A stretch of 33,948 nt of DNA from Folioceros fuciformis (Eukaryota): assembly GCA_049999805.1 (NCBI GenBank), contig JBNGIO010006220.1:1-33948 (forward strand). The letters run 5' to 3'. The position numbers were made by a program, and so were the translations under genes. Under the pieces are notes generated by a model. That model had not been told where the DNA came from and searched no databases. It saw only the letters and a program-made list of their open reading frames with translations. Below, piece by piece: positions 1 through 12,262 of this stretch (position 1 is the first letter of the stretch; every line of letters starts with the position of its first letter).

Positions 1-1296
1 GCTTTCTTCTCCTCCTAGTTCGAGACCTATTCCAGCACCCCAAGGTCAGTCTTCCATGGCCGAGGAACCATTTCGGCTGGAAGCTGATTCTACTGAATAA
101 GCTACCGTTTTCAGGCCAGGTTCCGGCTGCTGATCCCATTGCTTCTTACCTCCTCTCTATCTTTCCCACTACTCATACTCCTCCCTTGGAGGCTGGCTCA
201 AACACCAACGGTGAACAGTTGCAGGGGAAGATTTAGCAGGAGGCCATCTAGCGAGGAAGAGGCAGCGTCCGCAGATCTTTGAAGATAAGACATCCTCTGA
301 AGTCTCAGGATAGTCTAAGAGGTGGTACATCCTTGTGAAGGTAGGGCCAGCTTATTGGTGGCAAGATGTGCTAGAAGTCTAAATAAGTGGCTGGTGACAA
401 CCGGCTAGGCTAGTGGTCCTATCAAAATAATATTTGTCAAGTTAGAGAGAGGTGAAGTCAGAGAGAGAGAGGCTCCTATAAGATCAGGTGAGCCTTTAGG
501 AGGAGGGAGTCACATTCACTTTGGGAGTCAGTCTGTCACTTCGTGAGCTCTTGGAGGTACTCTCTACATGAGCTCTTGTGGTCTGTCTCTGCTTGGGTTA
601 GGACCTACAGTGTGTTGCCGGCTGTGCAACGTATGGTAGGATCGCAAGCTGCGTGTTGCCGGTTGTACAGTGTCTGGTAGGATCACAAGGTGTAATGACC
701 AGGGTGAAGGGGCTTGCCCCCAGCTCTTAATTGTAAAGGATGTGTCTTTCTCTTGACCTGTCCACTCTTGTTCCCTGTTTGGACAAGTGCTGTAGGCCAG
801 TCATGTTTCATGGCGTCTGGTAAGGTTGTGGGGAGGAGATATCCGAGAGGGGAGTGTGTTCCCTTCTTTCTTTTCTTTGGGGTTAGTCCCGTGACTCTTG
901 CCGGGTAGGAGGAGTTAGTAGGGAAGTGTAGAAGGTAGTGGTGTCGTTGTTAGTTGCTGGTGTTGGTGCTGGAGTGAGAGAGCGAGTGAAGTGAGTGAGG
1001 GAAGTCACAGATCTGAAAGGTTAGGGTCGTTGTAGTGACTGGAGTGAGTTTGTGGGCACAGAGAGAGGTGCAGCTGACCGCTAGACAGCGAGGCCTGTCC
1101 TACGCCTGATCGGAGCTGGAGGAGAGCCCTCGAATCCATCATCGAGTCGATTGAGTCCGACCCTCCATCCATAGCAGCAAGGAACCCCATCGCTCCTTCG
1201 TAGGAATGGAACCCAATGTCTCAACGACAGTGGGATAAGTGTGGCCACTAAAGGTGAAACCCGTCGGCAATCAATGCGTGGGGTTTTGCCTCCACA
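1..1296 (+). mobile_element. LTR-like sequence (3' end of a 3' or solo LTR), probably beginning upstream of the window
   Basis: 679-1296 is homologous in inverted orientation to 4824-5452. Both copies end at the same terminus ...GGGGTTTTGCCTCCACA (CA end) with unrelated flanks. No PBS follows. Assigning 1-678 to the element is inference. Confidence 0.6.
612..689. repeat. Two-copy tandem repeat, 41-bp period
   Basis: gtgttgccggctgtgcaacgtatggtaggatcgcaag (612) versus gtgttgccggttgtacagtgtctggtaggatcacaag (653). Confidence 0.8.
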
Positions 1297-2100
1297 GAGG
1301 GCAAGGGGAATGCCTATGGATTGAAGGGCTAGGTGGTCACAACGTAGCCATGCACACTAATTCAGGACGAGAGAAATAACATAGGTTATGATTTTCATTT
1401 GGATTAGAACATAAGGTGGTAGAAAATTTTGAACCTAGGGATGCCGAATTTGTAGGTGCGCCCATGATAGGCGAGCTGTTTTTAGATTCTAGAAAGTTGC
1501 AGGAGTAATGGTGCTCCAAGCCCAAATGTATATGAGACCCGTGTTGTGTCTCTCTCTTTAGACAATTTCAAGTGTGAGCTCTCGTGTGTCGAATTTGTGC
1601 GCATTGTGGGTTGGAGACATCCGATTCATGATGGCCTGATTTGGTGTGTTGTCCTCTCGTCAAAAGAGGGCCGGGGAGATCCCTGGGTGGTTGAGAGCTA
1701 TGTGACCAAGCTCCTCAACTGGGGTGACTAGTGGAGAAGGGTGCTCAGCATCGACAAGGAGGGGAATTTTTGCAAGAGGCTGGGGGGGGAACGCGATTTC
1801 GCAAAACACCTAGAAAGCAAGGAGGAAACGTGGTTTGCGAAACTCTTGTGGAGCCGTCCAATTGATTATTTTTCCGTGTTTTTTTTCACAAAGAAAATAA
1901 TTCTGATTATGAGTGGAAGACTCCTCCCACTTACAATACAAAGGAAACCCCCTGCTAACGTATGTACATATATCAAGCACCAAAAGAGAGGGGGGAAGAC
2001 TAGCCTTAAGTCCAAAACTCAAGACAAGGCGCACATAGAGCACTCCCCTACACTATGGTACCCGAAGACTACCGAAACCACTTATACTCACACCTCGAAG

Positions 2101-4823
2101 TCACTCGAAGACCCTAAAGACTCCCCTTCCCCAGGGGCTCGAGTGAGTCCAATGTGTATCTTTCCCAGGCGATAGGAAGCCGGCTGTCCTCCAGTCTTTC
2201 CACTTAAATTGCTTCCGGTGTGATTGCTCCAAGGCTTCTGCTGCAATCAATAAATGTTCCCATATGCGCCATAACAAAGCTTGCGCTAAGGCCGACTCCT
2301 GTCCTCCATAGACCACCGCGGACCAATTGACCCAGAGATAGAAAAGACAAGAGGACCACAGTAAGCCCCACCATTAGGTTTCCAGGAGAGGTTTGCCTGA
2401 GGTTGCGTCCAGCCCAAATAAGGCTGATTGACTCGTGATCTTGAGGTTAGCACCAAGAAAAATTAAACGAAGCCACCTGCCCACCTCCCTCCAGATCTGA
2501 TGGGCAAAGCAATAGTGAAAGAACATGTGTTGACTCTTGTTCGGAGCCCCAGCGGTGCAAAATTGACACACATCCTCCCTCGTTGCAACGAAAAGCCCAT
2601 CCCAACGATTTGCATTAGGCAAACACGCTTGAAAGAAACACCAAACCGTAGACCTGACCTTGGGGGGGATTCCTGCAGACTTCCATAGGAGCTTGATGGC
2701 TTCCTTTTGACGCCGTCCAGCTAACTATAGTTGGGGAGCCATTGGTTGTCTTTGCTTGGTTTTCTGCGCTCGCACCAACCAGAGGAATAGGTCCGCCGTT
2801 GGGAAGTTGAAGGAAGATCGAGAGATAGCTTTCTTGCATCCCGGACGCTTGGGCTACCTGTAGAGATCTGGTCAGAAGGTCAGAGCCCAGTTTTCACCCA
2901 GTCGGAACCAGCACTGAACCTTTGCTTTATCGGAGGTTCGTGGCCCAATTGGGCGTTCGCCTGACGTGCACCATTGCCCTGCTCGAACGGACTTACAAAT
3001 GACAGTGATAGCCCATAGCTCCCCCCCTCGGCCTTCTCTGTCGTCCCTACCTTGAACTTCCAAAGAACCTTCAGGCGGCATGACCTTGAACGACTTCAAC
3101 GTCTCTTTGCCGTCAGCTCTCGCAACCCTGATCGCCCTATCTAGATCTAATGCTTCGTCTTGTTCATCCTCCTCCTCCAAGTCAACTCCCCTACTATCCA
3201 TGGAGTAAGCATACCACCCTTCCTCGCCTATGGTAGGTTGTTGCCTTAAGATCTGTTGCACCTTTTCCTCTAGCCCCTCGTGCAACCACAAGAATATGAG
3301 TCTGACGTGCTGGGCCCCTACTCCAAAATCTCTTCGGACCTCTTTCACCTCCTTCCAACGGGACTCTGATCTGTTCCATAAATGCCCAAGCTGAATAACA
3401 CCTTTGCAACAAGCCAGCCCGAAAATTTGTGACCGATATACCCTTGACCTGAACTCCTGTACCCATAACCTCGAGAAGCCCTGCAGAGGAATACCCAAAA
3501 CATCATCCACATGAGAGAAGGTGCCCGGGATAAGATATTGTTTGACCTCCAAGTAACTATTCCATATGGACTTAAAAAGCGGGGAGCATCCTGCAATATT
3601 AAGTATCGGTTTGTCAGCCAAAATGTTGTCTGTAGATCTCCTACCCCTAGGGACAGCTTGGGTGCAGTCCAAATGCTATGTTAGAAGACTCTTCGAAGGG
3701 TAGTATGCCGGATCCGCTGCTTTAACAACCCATTGAGCATACAAAACTTTCATCTTGGCAACTGGGTCCACCACCCCTAGGCCCCCCATGCCACGCGCTT
3801 GAATGATATGCTGCCAAGCCACTTTAGAACACCCAGCCATACTATCCCCCGCATGCCTCCACATGAAAGAGGTCAGCACCTGTTGTAAACGCTTCACCTC
3901 TGTCTTAGAAGGCGCCCACAAAAGCAAATAGTACCGTAATGAGGCAGTAAGGATATGGTTGATCACCACCAGCCTACCTGCCAAATTGAGCTCCAGCAAT
4001 TGCAGACTAGCTGCTTTGCGAATGAACTTGAGGCAGACGTACTTCCCAATCTCCCCATTCTCATCCCCCTCTTGGAAAGGAAGCCCCAAATACTTGTGGG
4101 TAGAGCCCAGTGTCACTTGCTGAATGTGGTTAATACATTGAGGGGGCTCCCCCTCCATGTGAAGACACATCATGCGTGTCTTGTTCCAATTCACCTTGCA
4201 GCCTGAAAGTTCACCAAAGACCTTGACCTGTTGGAACAACGCTTTCAATGGAGCCTCCTTTACCAAGGAAAAGAGGAGAGTATCATCTGCAAATGCAAAG
4301 ACCCTTAGCTGTGTTCCATCTGGGTTCCGAATACCCACCACTGCCAGGTCTTGCTTCACTGCTCTGAGAAAGAAGTCAGTGACGATAATAAATAAGAACG
4401 GAGCAAGGGGGCAACCCTGACGTACCGACCGAGAGATGCCAAAGCGCTCCGTAAAAGATCCATTAACAGACACCTTGGCACCTGCGTCTTCACACAAAAT
4501 GGCTATCCATTTGCAGAAGTTATTCCCGAACCCGAAACTACGCAGGCGTCGCCACAAGATGTGCCACTCAACTGAATCATACGCCTTGTAAAAATCAAGG
4601 GAAATGAAAACGGCAGCTTTCTTCTGTACCTGGGTGTTGTACTTAGCTTCCCTCAGGAGTAGGAAGTTGTCTAGGATGCAGTTATTTTGAATGAACCCTC
4701 GCTGCTCTTTCTCAATCCAATCATCAAGAAATGGAGTGATTCAGTTAGCCAACACCTTAGCAATTACCTTGTATGTGGTAGTTAGCAAGGTAATTGGGTG
4801 CCAATTGGAGATTGATAGACTGG
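2101..4823 (-). pseudogene. LINE ORF2, reverse transcriptase to C-terminal zinc finger, disrupted
   Basis: Track ORFs 3676-4557 (RT core and thumb), 2872-3672, 2374-2622 (CQFC...HMFFHYC..QIW) and 2101-2316. Premature stops include CGA>TGA at about 4741-4743 relative to the second copy. Confidence 0.92.
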
Positions 4824-5697
4824 TGTGGAGGCAAAACCCCGGGCACTGATTGCCGACGGGTTCCACCTTTAGTGGCCACACTTATCCCACTGTCGTTGAG
4901 ACATTGGGTTTCGTTCCCACGAAGGAGCGATGGGGTTCCTTGCTGCTGTGGATGGAGGGTCGGACTCAATTGACTCGATGATGGATTCGAGGGCTCCCCT
5001 CCAGCTCCGATCAGGCGTAGGACAAGCCTCGGTGTCCAGCAGTCAGCTGCACCTCTCTTGGTGCCCACAAACTCACTCCGGTCACTACAACGACCCTAAC
5101 CTCTCAGATCTGCGACTTCCCTCACTCACTTCACTCGCTCTCTCACTCCAGCACCAACACCAGCAACTAACCATGACACCACTATTTTCTACACTTCCCT
5201 ATTGACTCCTCCTACCCGGCAAGAGTCACTAGACGAAACCCAAAGAAGAGAAAGAAGGGAACACACTCTCCCCCCCACACCCCCTCGGATATCTCCTCCC
5301 CACAACCTTACCAGATGCCATGAAACATGGCCGGCCTACAGCACTTGTCCAAACAGGGAACAAGAGTGGACAGGTCGAGAGAAAGACACATCCTTTACAA
5401 TCAAGAGCTATGGGCAAACCCCTTCACCCTGGTCATTACACCTTGTGATCCTTGAAGGATCGGAAAGGGAGCCACATGATGAAGGAGAAGAAGAGAGGAG
5501 AGGAGAGGAAGAGAGGAGAAGAGGAGAAAGAGAGGTCTCACAATGTCTCTCCCATCTCTCTCATCTCTCTTGAAAAGGGAGCTCAAGAGGGTATTTATAT
5601 CCTCTAGAAAAGCTCCCAAGGAAGCTTCACAAGAAGATCACAGGAAGCTTCACAAGAAGATCACAAGAAGCTTCACAAGAAGCTCACAGGAAGCTAT
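4824..5697 (-). mobile_element. Truncated LTR inserted in LINE ORF2
   Basis: The LINE breaks after gatagactgg (4823), whereas the second copy continues gatagactggcgtctt at about 33905. The minus-strand terminus is ...CCTCCACA. A TATAAATACCCTC box lies on the minus strand at about 5587-5599. The right boundary is approximate. Confidence 0.75.
5621..5696. repeat. Short tandem array of 11-12-bp units (gaagcttcacaa / gaagatcacag)
   Basis: About 6-7 degenerate units read directly, next to the LTR/LINE junction. Confidence 0.8.
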
Positions 5698-5835
5698 GAC
5701 TTCCTCTTCTAGCAGATTCTTAAGTCTTCTACACTTCGACGCCGTCTTCGACCATCCCCCCAGACCCCTAACATTCCAGGAAATTATCCGCAAGTGAGAC
5801 CCCCTTTCGTAGTTTTTCAGAGTGTCGATACTCAT
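5698..5835 (-). pseudogene. LINE ORF2 N-terminus (start of the apurinic-type endonuclease), truncated
   Basis: MSIDTLKNYERGSHLRIISWNVRGLGGWSKTASKCRRLKNLL contains the canonical xSWNVRGL APE start. Confidence 0.88.
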
Positions 5836-8800
5836 TTAACGGGACTTGCTTGAGAGATTCCGGACAGCAAACAGCTTGGGCATCCTAGCCCCAGTCATTG
5901 ACTTAGGCCACGCCAGATGGTCCTTAGCTTTTTGCTCAAGGGACAATCTTTGAAGCCTTTCGAACTTGCGAATCGCAGGAGCGGTCCTCCAATCCTGACC
6001 AGCTAAGGGCCCCTTGACATCACTCACTGCCGTGTTTGGACCCCCAAACCTGTCTTTCGCCCAAGGCGCATCCATTACCTTTCTCATAACCGTTGGGTTG
6101 ATCGCAAAAAGTCTGCCTTTTCTCCTTGTTGTACCTTCTGCCTTCCTAAGCTCCTGACCACTAAGCAAGTGGTACACCTCCTGCCCTGGAGGAGGGTACA
6201 CATCTTGCGCCCCCTTAGCCTGCACCAAGTCCTTGTCCAAGGAGTTAGACGGAGAAGTGCTTCCTTCATCCCCGAAGAAAACGGCCTGCACTTCATGCTA
6301 GACAGTATCAGCATCCTCATCTTCCTCAGCATGAGGGGTGGAGAAAAAGTCCTCCTTGAAAGCGAACACCGCATTGTCTCTCATGATGGGGCTGGCACAT
6401 TTTGTGGGACTGGTACATTCCACCACGGGTTTACCGAGACACGTAGAATCACTTCTATCCATTCCAGACCCCTGTCTTGCTCCATATTTGTGGTGACCGT
6501 GGACTTCCAAAGAGGAGTTCCCCCCGCCAACAGAAGTCTTCCCGAGAGACCTGTGACTTCCCCTTGTCCCTTCCAGCACCTTAAGCTTTTTTCCTTCCAG
6601 GGAGGTGATGTCCAAGGCCATGCGTTGAACTACTTTGCTCAACGCCTTCCTTGCCTTGGCCACAACAATCTAATCTTGACGCTTATGGCCTGGAGACAAA
6701 TCTTCTGAGGCACGAGTCCTCTTCCCCACTACCATCTCCATGATCCTCTGCTCGCTTGTGGTCAAGACAGTTGCTGACACCGTTTTCCATGCAGTGGACA
6801 TGAAAGCCGATTCTGCGCCTGGCTCTATGGTTCCAGTAGGACCAGGGCCTGCCTCAAGCCCAGGAGGCTGATGACCCGGAGCTGACAAGTCGCGAAGTAC
6901 TGGGCACCCTGGCGTTGAAGCGAGAGATTGAGGCCCATGAAGAGCCTTGGAAGATTCCCTTCCCACTTCCTCCCCGGCAGCTTGAGCGGAAGTGACAGAT
7001 CCTGTCCCCTAGCTCGAGCCCGCAGAAGCCAACCTATCACAAAACGTCTGAGGAGGCGCTACCGTCAGCTCGTCTGGGACTGTGATGGAGCTTGGATTAG
7101 TTCCTGAGAGTGCGTTTAGCATGCCCTCGGCCCCTGTAGCCAGACGCATCGTTGCCAACTCAGCAACCCGAAGAACTTCAGATTGTCCGCTCCCAGCCTT
7201 AGAAACCGCCATTTGCTCAAAGACAGATTCACCCCCTTGACGACGCACACTCGCTGCCCCAAGCCCGGGGGGAGAAAGCGCCTTCTTACCAGTGGCAAGA
7301 GGGAAATCGACCAAACTCGCCTTCCCGTCTTGTGTGCCCCTTGCCTGGCAGCCTCTAACGTTGGAGACCACCTGCTCAACCGTCTCCCCTTGACCTACCC
7401 AACCATACTCTGGAGCACGATCCGCCCACCTCTCGCCATCCTCCCTAGCATTAGCTCCCACCTCAGGACTTGCCAGAAATGCTTGTGCGATGCGTGCTGC
7501 AAGGCAACAAGCAAAAAACCTTCCGATCTGAATCTTGTACAGGGGTGAGGAAGATTCGTCCTGCATCTTCGCCTTTGAGGAATCCGAAGCCGCCTCCTGG
7601 CCTTGGGACCAGTCGGCATGCTGGAACCCCAGTCTAGCTACCTCGCTCTCCTCAGGTATCTCGTCCCTCCACTTCAACGCAGTGGGAGGTTGGTGCTGCA
7701 CCTCCCCACACCTCAAGTTTTTCGCCACCAGAGAGTTTCTACTGTTGCGAGCTAGCGGTTTGTAGCTGTCAGATGCCTCGGAGGAAAAAAACTGCTGCCA
7801 TACACCTGGAGCACTCACCAGGTTGCCCCTCCCTTCCTCCGAGCTAGGATCTCGCATAGGCGGCACCACCGACACTTCCTCATCCTCCCCACCAAGCTGT
7901 TGGGACGGGAGTCCGAAACCCGCTTCCAGGAGACCAGGATGTTGAGCCATTACGGCCTGGGCCGTGGCCAAGAGATTCTCCTGAGACAGGGGACCGGACC
8001 TGTTCCCCCCAACCGGTGACATCCTGCTGCCTCTTGCCTGAGTAACCCGTCCCTTTGCTACTGAGTCACCCTGATCGCCTACGTTCTTCCTGCCCATCTC
8101 CACATGTCCCATCTTTAGCACATCTGCCGGAGCCTCCACATGCCGATCCATGACCTCCTCCCCAGGGTCAGACCAAGGGGGTGCCTTTTGGCAGGTAGCA
8201 GGCACCCAAGGAGCCGGACTCACTACGCCTTCTTGGACAGCCTCTGCCTGGAGAACTCCATCCCTGAGAGCCGACAACGCTCTCGCCTCACCCAGGTCTA
8301 CCTGTCGACGTCTGGCCACACCACTCGGATGCCTCACTAAGTCAGCTCTCTCTTCGGCAACAACCCCAGAACTCTCATGATCACTTGTCAAAAGGTTGCT
8401 GCCAGCCCTTGGGACACCCTCTACCCCAACCCAGCCTACACCTGTGACCAAGTTGGAGCAATTCTTTGGAACCTTGATAGAAAGGAGTGACGGTTCTACT
8501 TGCACTGACACTAAGGCCCCTCGGCAGGCTAGACCACCGCGACAACAACAATTCTCGCATCCGGGATCTCGTCCTCCCAAGCCATCACGACAGGAGATTC
8601 TTGCACCACTTTTCCACATCCCCCAACCTCGGTTCCTGGAGCAACCTCACCGGATCGTGCCTTCAAAAGCCAATCGTCCAGAGCCCCGGGAGGGGCTTGT
8701 TGAATCAGCCGGCTAGGAAGGCTTTCCAGACCACCCACACACTTCATCCCCAAGGCTTCTCCACCCTCTGTGCGCCGCTCTTCTTGCTCTGGATCCCAGC

Positions 8801-11800
8801 GCGGAGAAAGGGGACAAAGGAGACCTAGCCTCTTCACCTTGTGTGCAAACACTGTGGGAGGGAAGCCCCAGCGTGCCTCCAGAAAAAAAAAACGAGCTAG
8901 GAGCACTGCCCGAGCCCGCCCACACCTCCTTCTCCATGCCGAAAACCAAGGATCTTTTAGACCCGTCTGTCACCAATCCACCTGCTAGTAGCTTGTCCTG
9001 CGCCTCAGACCACGCCCTTTGCTCGCAAGCAGAGCCCACCGCCTGATCTCCCACCAAGGCGTCACTGTCTACTACTTCAGCGAATTCAATCTAGAATTTG
9101 CCGGTGGGACTGCCAGCCGAAAAAACTGCCTCTCCCTGCAAGCATTCTGTCTGGAGTGCTTCGTCGGTGAATACCAACTGGTCTGCCACAACCCCAACTG
9201 ATCACACCCTGCAGCATTCCCAAAGAGGATTCGCGCTTCCGACCTGGCTTGAGGATCCGGCACAACTCCTCCTTGGGCTCTTCCATTATGATGTCCACCC
9301 GATCCCTGACATACCCCGCCCTGATCCCGACCCGCTTCGGGGGTCGTGGAGGCTGCAACTTGCAAGCAATCCTTAGCACAATCCACCGCGTCGTCTTGAC
9401 CTCGTAGAGAGCCCAATCCCGTGCATGCATCGACACACTTAGGAAGCGATGCGAGGAGCTCAGTCTCAGCGCTCAGACACACAGGCGTTCGCACAACTTG
9501 ACTAGGCTGCTCTACAGCATTGGCCCCAACATTTGGATGGACCGCCACCGTGCCCCATCCTTCCCCTTTGCATTGCTCTCCCTTCCCGGTCAGTGTCGTA
9601 GGGAAGGGTTGGAGCCGGTATCCGATCAGCTCCTCTCCAGGCTGGAAAGCGATATCGCTGGAGAACTCCCCAACTTGACACTCTCCCAGATGTCTCCTGG
9701 GAGCCCTGTTGTAAACGCCAGGATTGCAAGGCCTCTTGCCTGACCACTCCTTCATCACAAATGGGCTCCACCTCCTGCATCTCCCGAGCAGAAGGTTCAT
9801 CCTCCTCCATTGCCGAGATAAAACTAGTACATGGTCCCAGCAATGAGTAGCCAGCATGCTGTGCTTCTAGAGGTTGGGTGGTGGAAATCCCCAGGGCAGA
9901 ATTCCCTGCGCTGCCCCCCACCTCAAACGACGGCCCGGTGGCTCCTTCCCAAGGCCCCTTCCCATTAACTGGCACATCGTCTAGTGGAGGGCACACCCCA
10001 CCTTGCTGAGCCAAGGGAGCAGCCCTACCCCCTGGACCTACATACTTATCAGGTTGTCTTTCAACTCCTGACCCCTGCTGACTGCCTGGGAAAATCCCGT
10101 CGTCCACCGCATCCCCCAGATGTGGCACTAGGTTATGCTTCTCCAACCTAGCAAAGAAACTATGGAGCTTCCCTGCCTTGAGATTCTGAAAATTCCTCTG
10201 CCGCTCCCCATGAGAGGCTGACCAAGTTGTCTACCTCTGTCTTTGGCTCCCCGATGTGTGAGTTTGTCCCAACGCCCTCTGTAAGACCGTCTTAATTATC
10301 CCACCCTGTAATTTTTCTCCCGATAGTGTAGCTCGGGATTCAACCCCTACAGGGCTTGCTTCCTGAAGGGTAGTAAAGGAAGCCTGCTGTGTTGCGGGGT
10401 TGTTGAGATGATGAGCACTTCCCCTTTGATGAGTACCCCCGATAGTACCCTTGCCTTCTATTGCCAGACCTTTAAAACCTTTTGCTAGTGACACACTACC
10501 TACGTCCACACTGTTGGAGTCCTCTTCCATAGGCACCGTATCCTCAGCCACCATATCCTCTGCCCATCTTAGCTCCCAACTGCCAGGGAGTTTGATCGAT
10601 ATCGAGGCATGGAGTACCCCAAGAAAACCAAGATGGGCCTTGAAAACCACTCTAGAAGCGAGAGTCACCCTACCTTTGCCAAATTTCGCATCCTTGATAT
10701 AAGCCAGCAACGGAGGCTCCCCCATCCACTGCGAAACCTTGAAGTACCGGATTTGACATTCATCCTTCAGCTCAATTAAGGTATTCACGAATACGATAGA
10801 GGAGCTATCCTCCAGTCTGTGACTATGTCGTGCCTCTTGCAAGATCATGCTAACAGCTTGCTCATCAAACCCTAGACCCGCCTGCAGCAAGCCCTTGACT
10901 TTTAATCTGACTGTAGACCAGAGCCCAAAGGGCTGGCCCCCAGTCGACCCTCCAGTCTGGAATGAGCGTGTAGGTAAGGCTCTGAGATCTCCCCCCTTCG
11001 GCATCCAATAAAAGTATGTGTTATCCATTTTCTTCCTCAAGAGAACACACAACCTAGCCAGTGCACTGTGTACGCCCCCGCTCCCTGAGAAGAACACATC
11101 CTGAACTTTTTTTGCCCACAACTGCGTTCTAGGGCTAGTCCTCTAGGACTTCGTAGGGGCACCTTTGAAACCAGGTAGAGGGCCAGAATGTGCCTTCTCC
11201 GACTTCTCACCCCGACCTCCCAATCCAGCCCGTAAAGGACAAGCCTACTTCAGATGATTATGCAAGCCACACACACCGCACCAAATAGGAAGATCCGGGT
11301 AATCAAAAAGCTGTGTAAAACTCTTAGATGGGTCCTCCGGATCACGAACAACGACGCCTTCAGGCAGATCTTGAAGGCTGTCGACTCTTACTCCGAAACG
11401 GGGTGGTTTGTTGTTGTCCAAAAATCTAGAGTCCACCTTAGGGACCTCCACCACCCTGCCAATGGTCCCCAAATTGTGCAAACCAGTGGGACGAGGTGAA
11501 CCGGCAAAGCAGGAAGACCCACCCACAGGAAATGCCGCTTGATTTTAGACTGCATGATGGAATTCCCGGGGGACCAATCCTCCACCACCACCGGTACGAT
11601 TTTCGGACAGACAATGTTCTTTGTAGAAGAGCCTGAGCCCCAGCAGCCTCGTCACACTTAATCTGGAAAGAACCGTCTGCTTTCAAGAAAACATAAGCTG
11701 GAGGGTATCCCGTTACCCGAGCCACCCCCTCCTCTAGTTCTTCCACGGTAGGAGGACCTGCAGACATATGGCGCCCCACAACTGAGCTGGCAGAAAGCTT

Positions 11801-12157
11801 GTCCTCCTCTCTTTGAAAAAATCTCACCTCTGTGAGCACATCCGCTAGCGGACCCAACTTTAACCATGTACCCTCTTTTGTCGAGTCCGAGACATATGCT
11901 TGGGAGGGGCCCGGCTGTACCTCAGCCTGCGCAAAATCCACCTCAGGTGACCGTACCTGCGATTCTTTCTCTGCCTCGGCCTTTGTTCAGCTAGCATCAG
12001 AGGAATTAGCAACCTTCTCCCCCTCGTTTTGCCCCTGTGGCTTCTGTTTATCAGAATACATACCGACTATTGCTGCCCATGTGCTAGTTGTTGAGCTCCC
12101 TCGTGGGGGGCTCAGCGCCTCCATTGAGCCGCCTAGCTAGCTCCCTCTCGGCGCCAT
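5836..12157 (-). pseudogene. LINE ORF1 (gag-like), exceptionally long, disrupted by stops and frameshifts
   Basis: ATG at 12157 (MAPRGS). DUF4283-like stretch (SVVGRH..., VVEDWSPG, LWVGLPALPVHL) and zinc knuckle YPDLPIWCGVCGLHNHLK*ACP at about 11240-11300. Fragments ending at 11245, 10231, 9502, 8713, 7009, 6670, 6298 and 5836 all share one frame. Confidence 0.78.
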
Positions 12158-12262
12158 CACTAACCTCGAGCCCTGTAGATCAATCCTATGTATCAGTCCA
12201 GACAATTTAATGCTCATTATTTTTCCTTGTCCATTCCGCTGTCTAATCAAATCGTGTTCAAT

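Larger units (their letters stand above)
1880..12215 (-). mobile_element. L1-clade LINE retrotransposon with both ends present, degenerate, about 10.3 kb
   Basis: TSD attatttttccgtgt (1865-1879) / attatttttccttgt (12216-12230), 14/15 match. Short T-run (minus-strand A tail) at 1880-1886. ORF1 has a DUF4283-like region and a zinc knuckle. ORF2 has the APE start (IISWNVRGL), RT (SVRQGCPLAPFLF, FADD, YLGLP, GGLG) and a C-terminal zf-RVT-like motif. Confidence 0.92.

Noticed and set aside
691-1296. TGTAATGACC...CCACA as a complete 606-bp LTR
   Set aside because: Homology between the two copies extends 12 bp beyond the TG and neither copy has a matching TSD, so this TG is probably internal.
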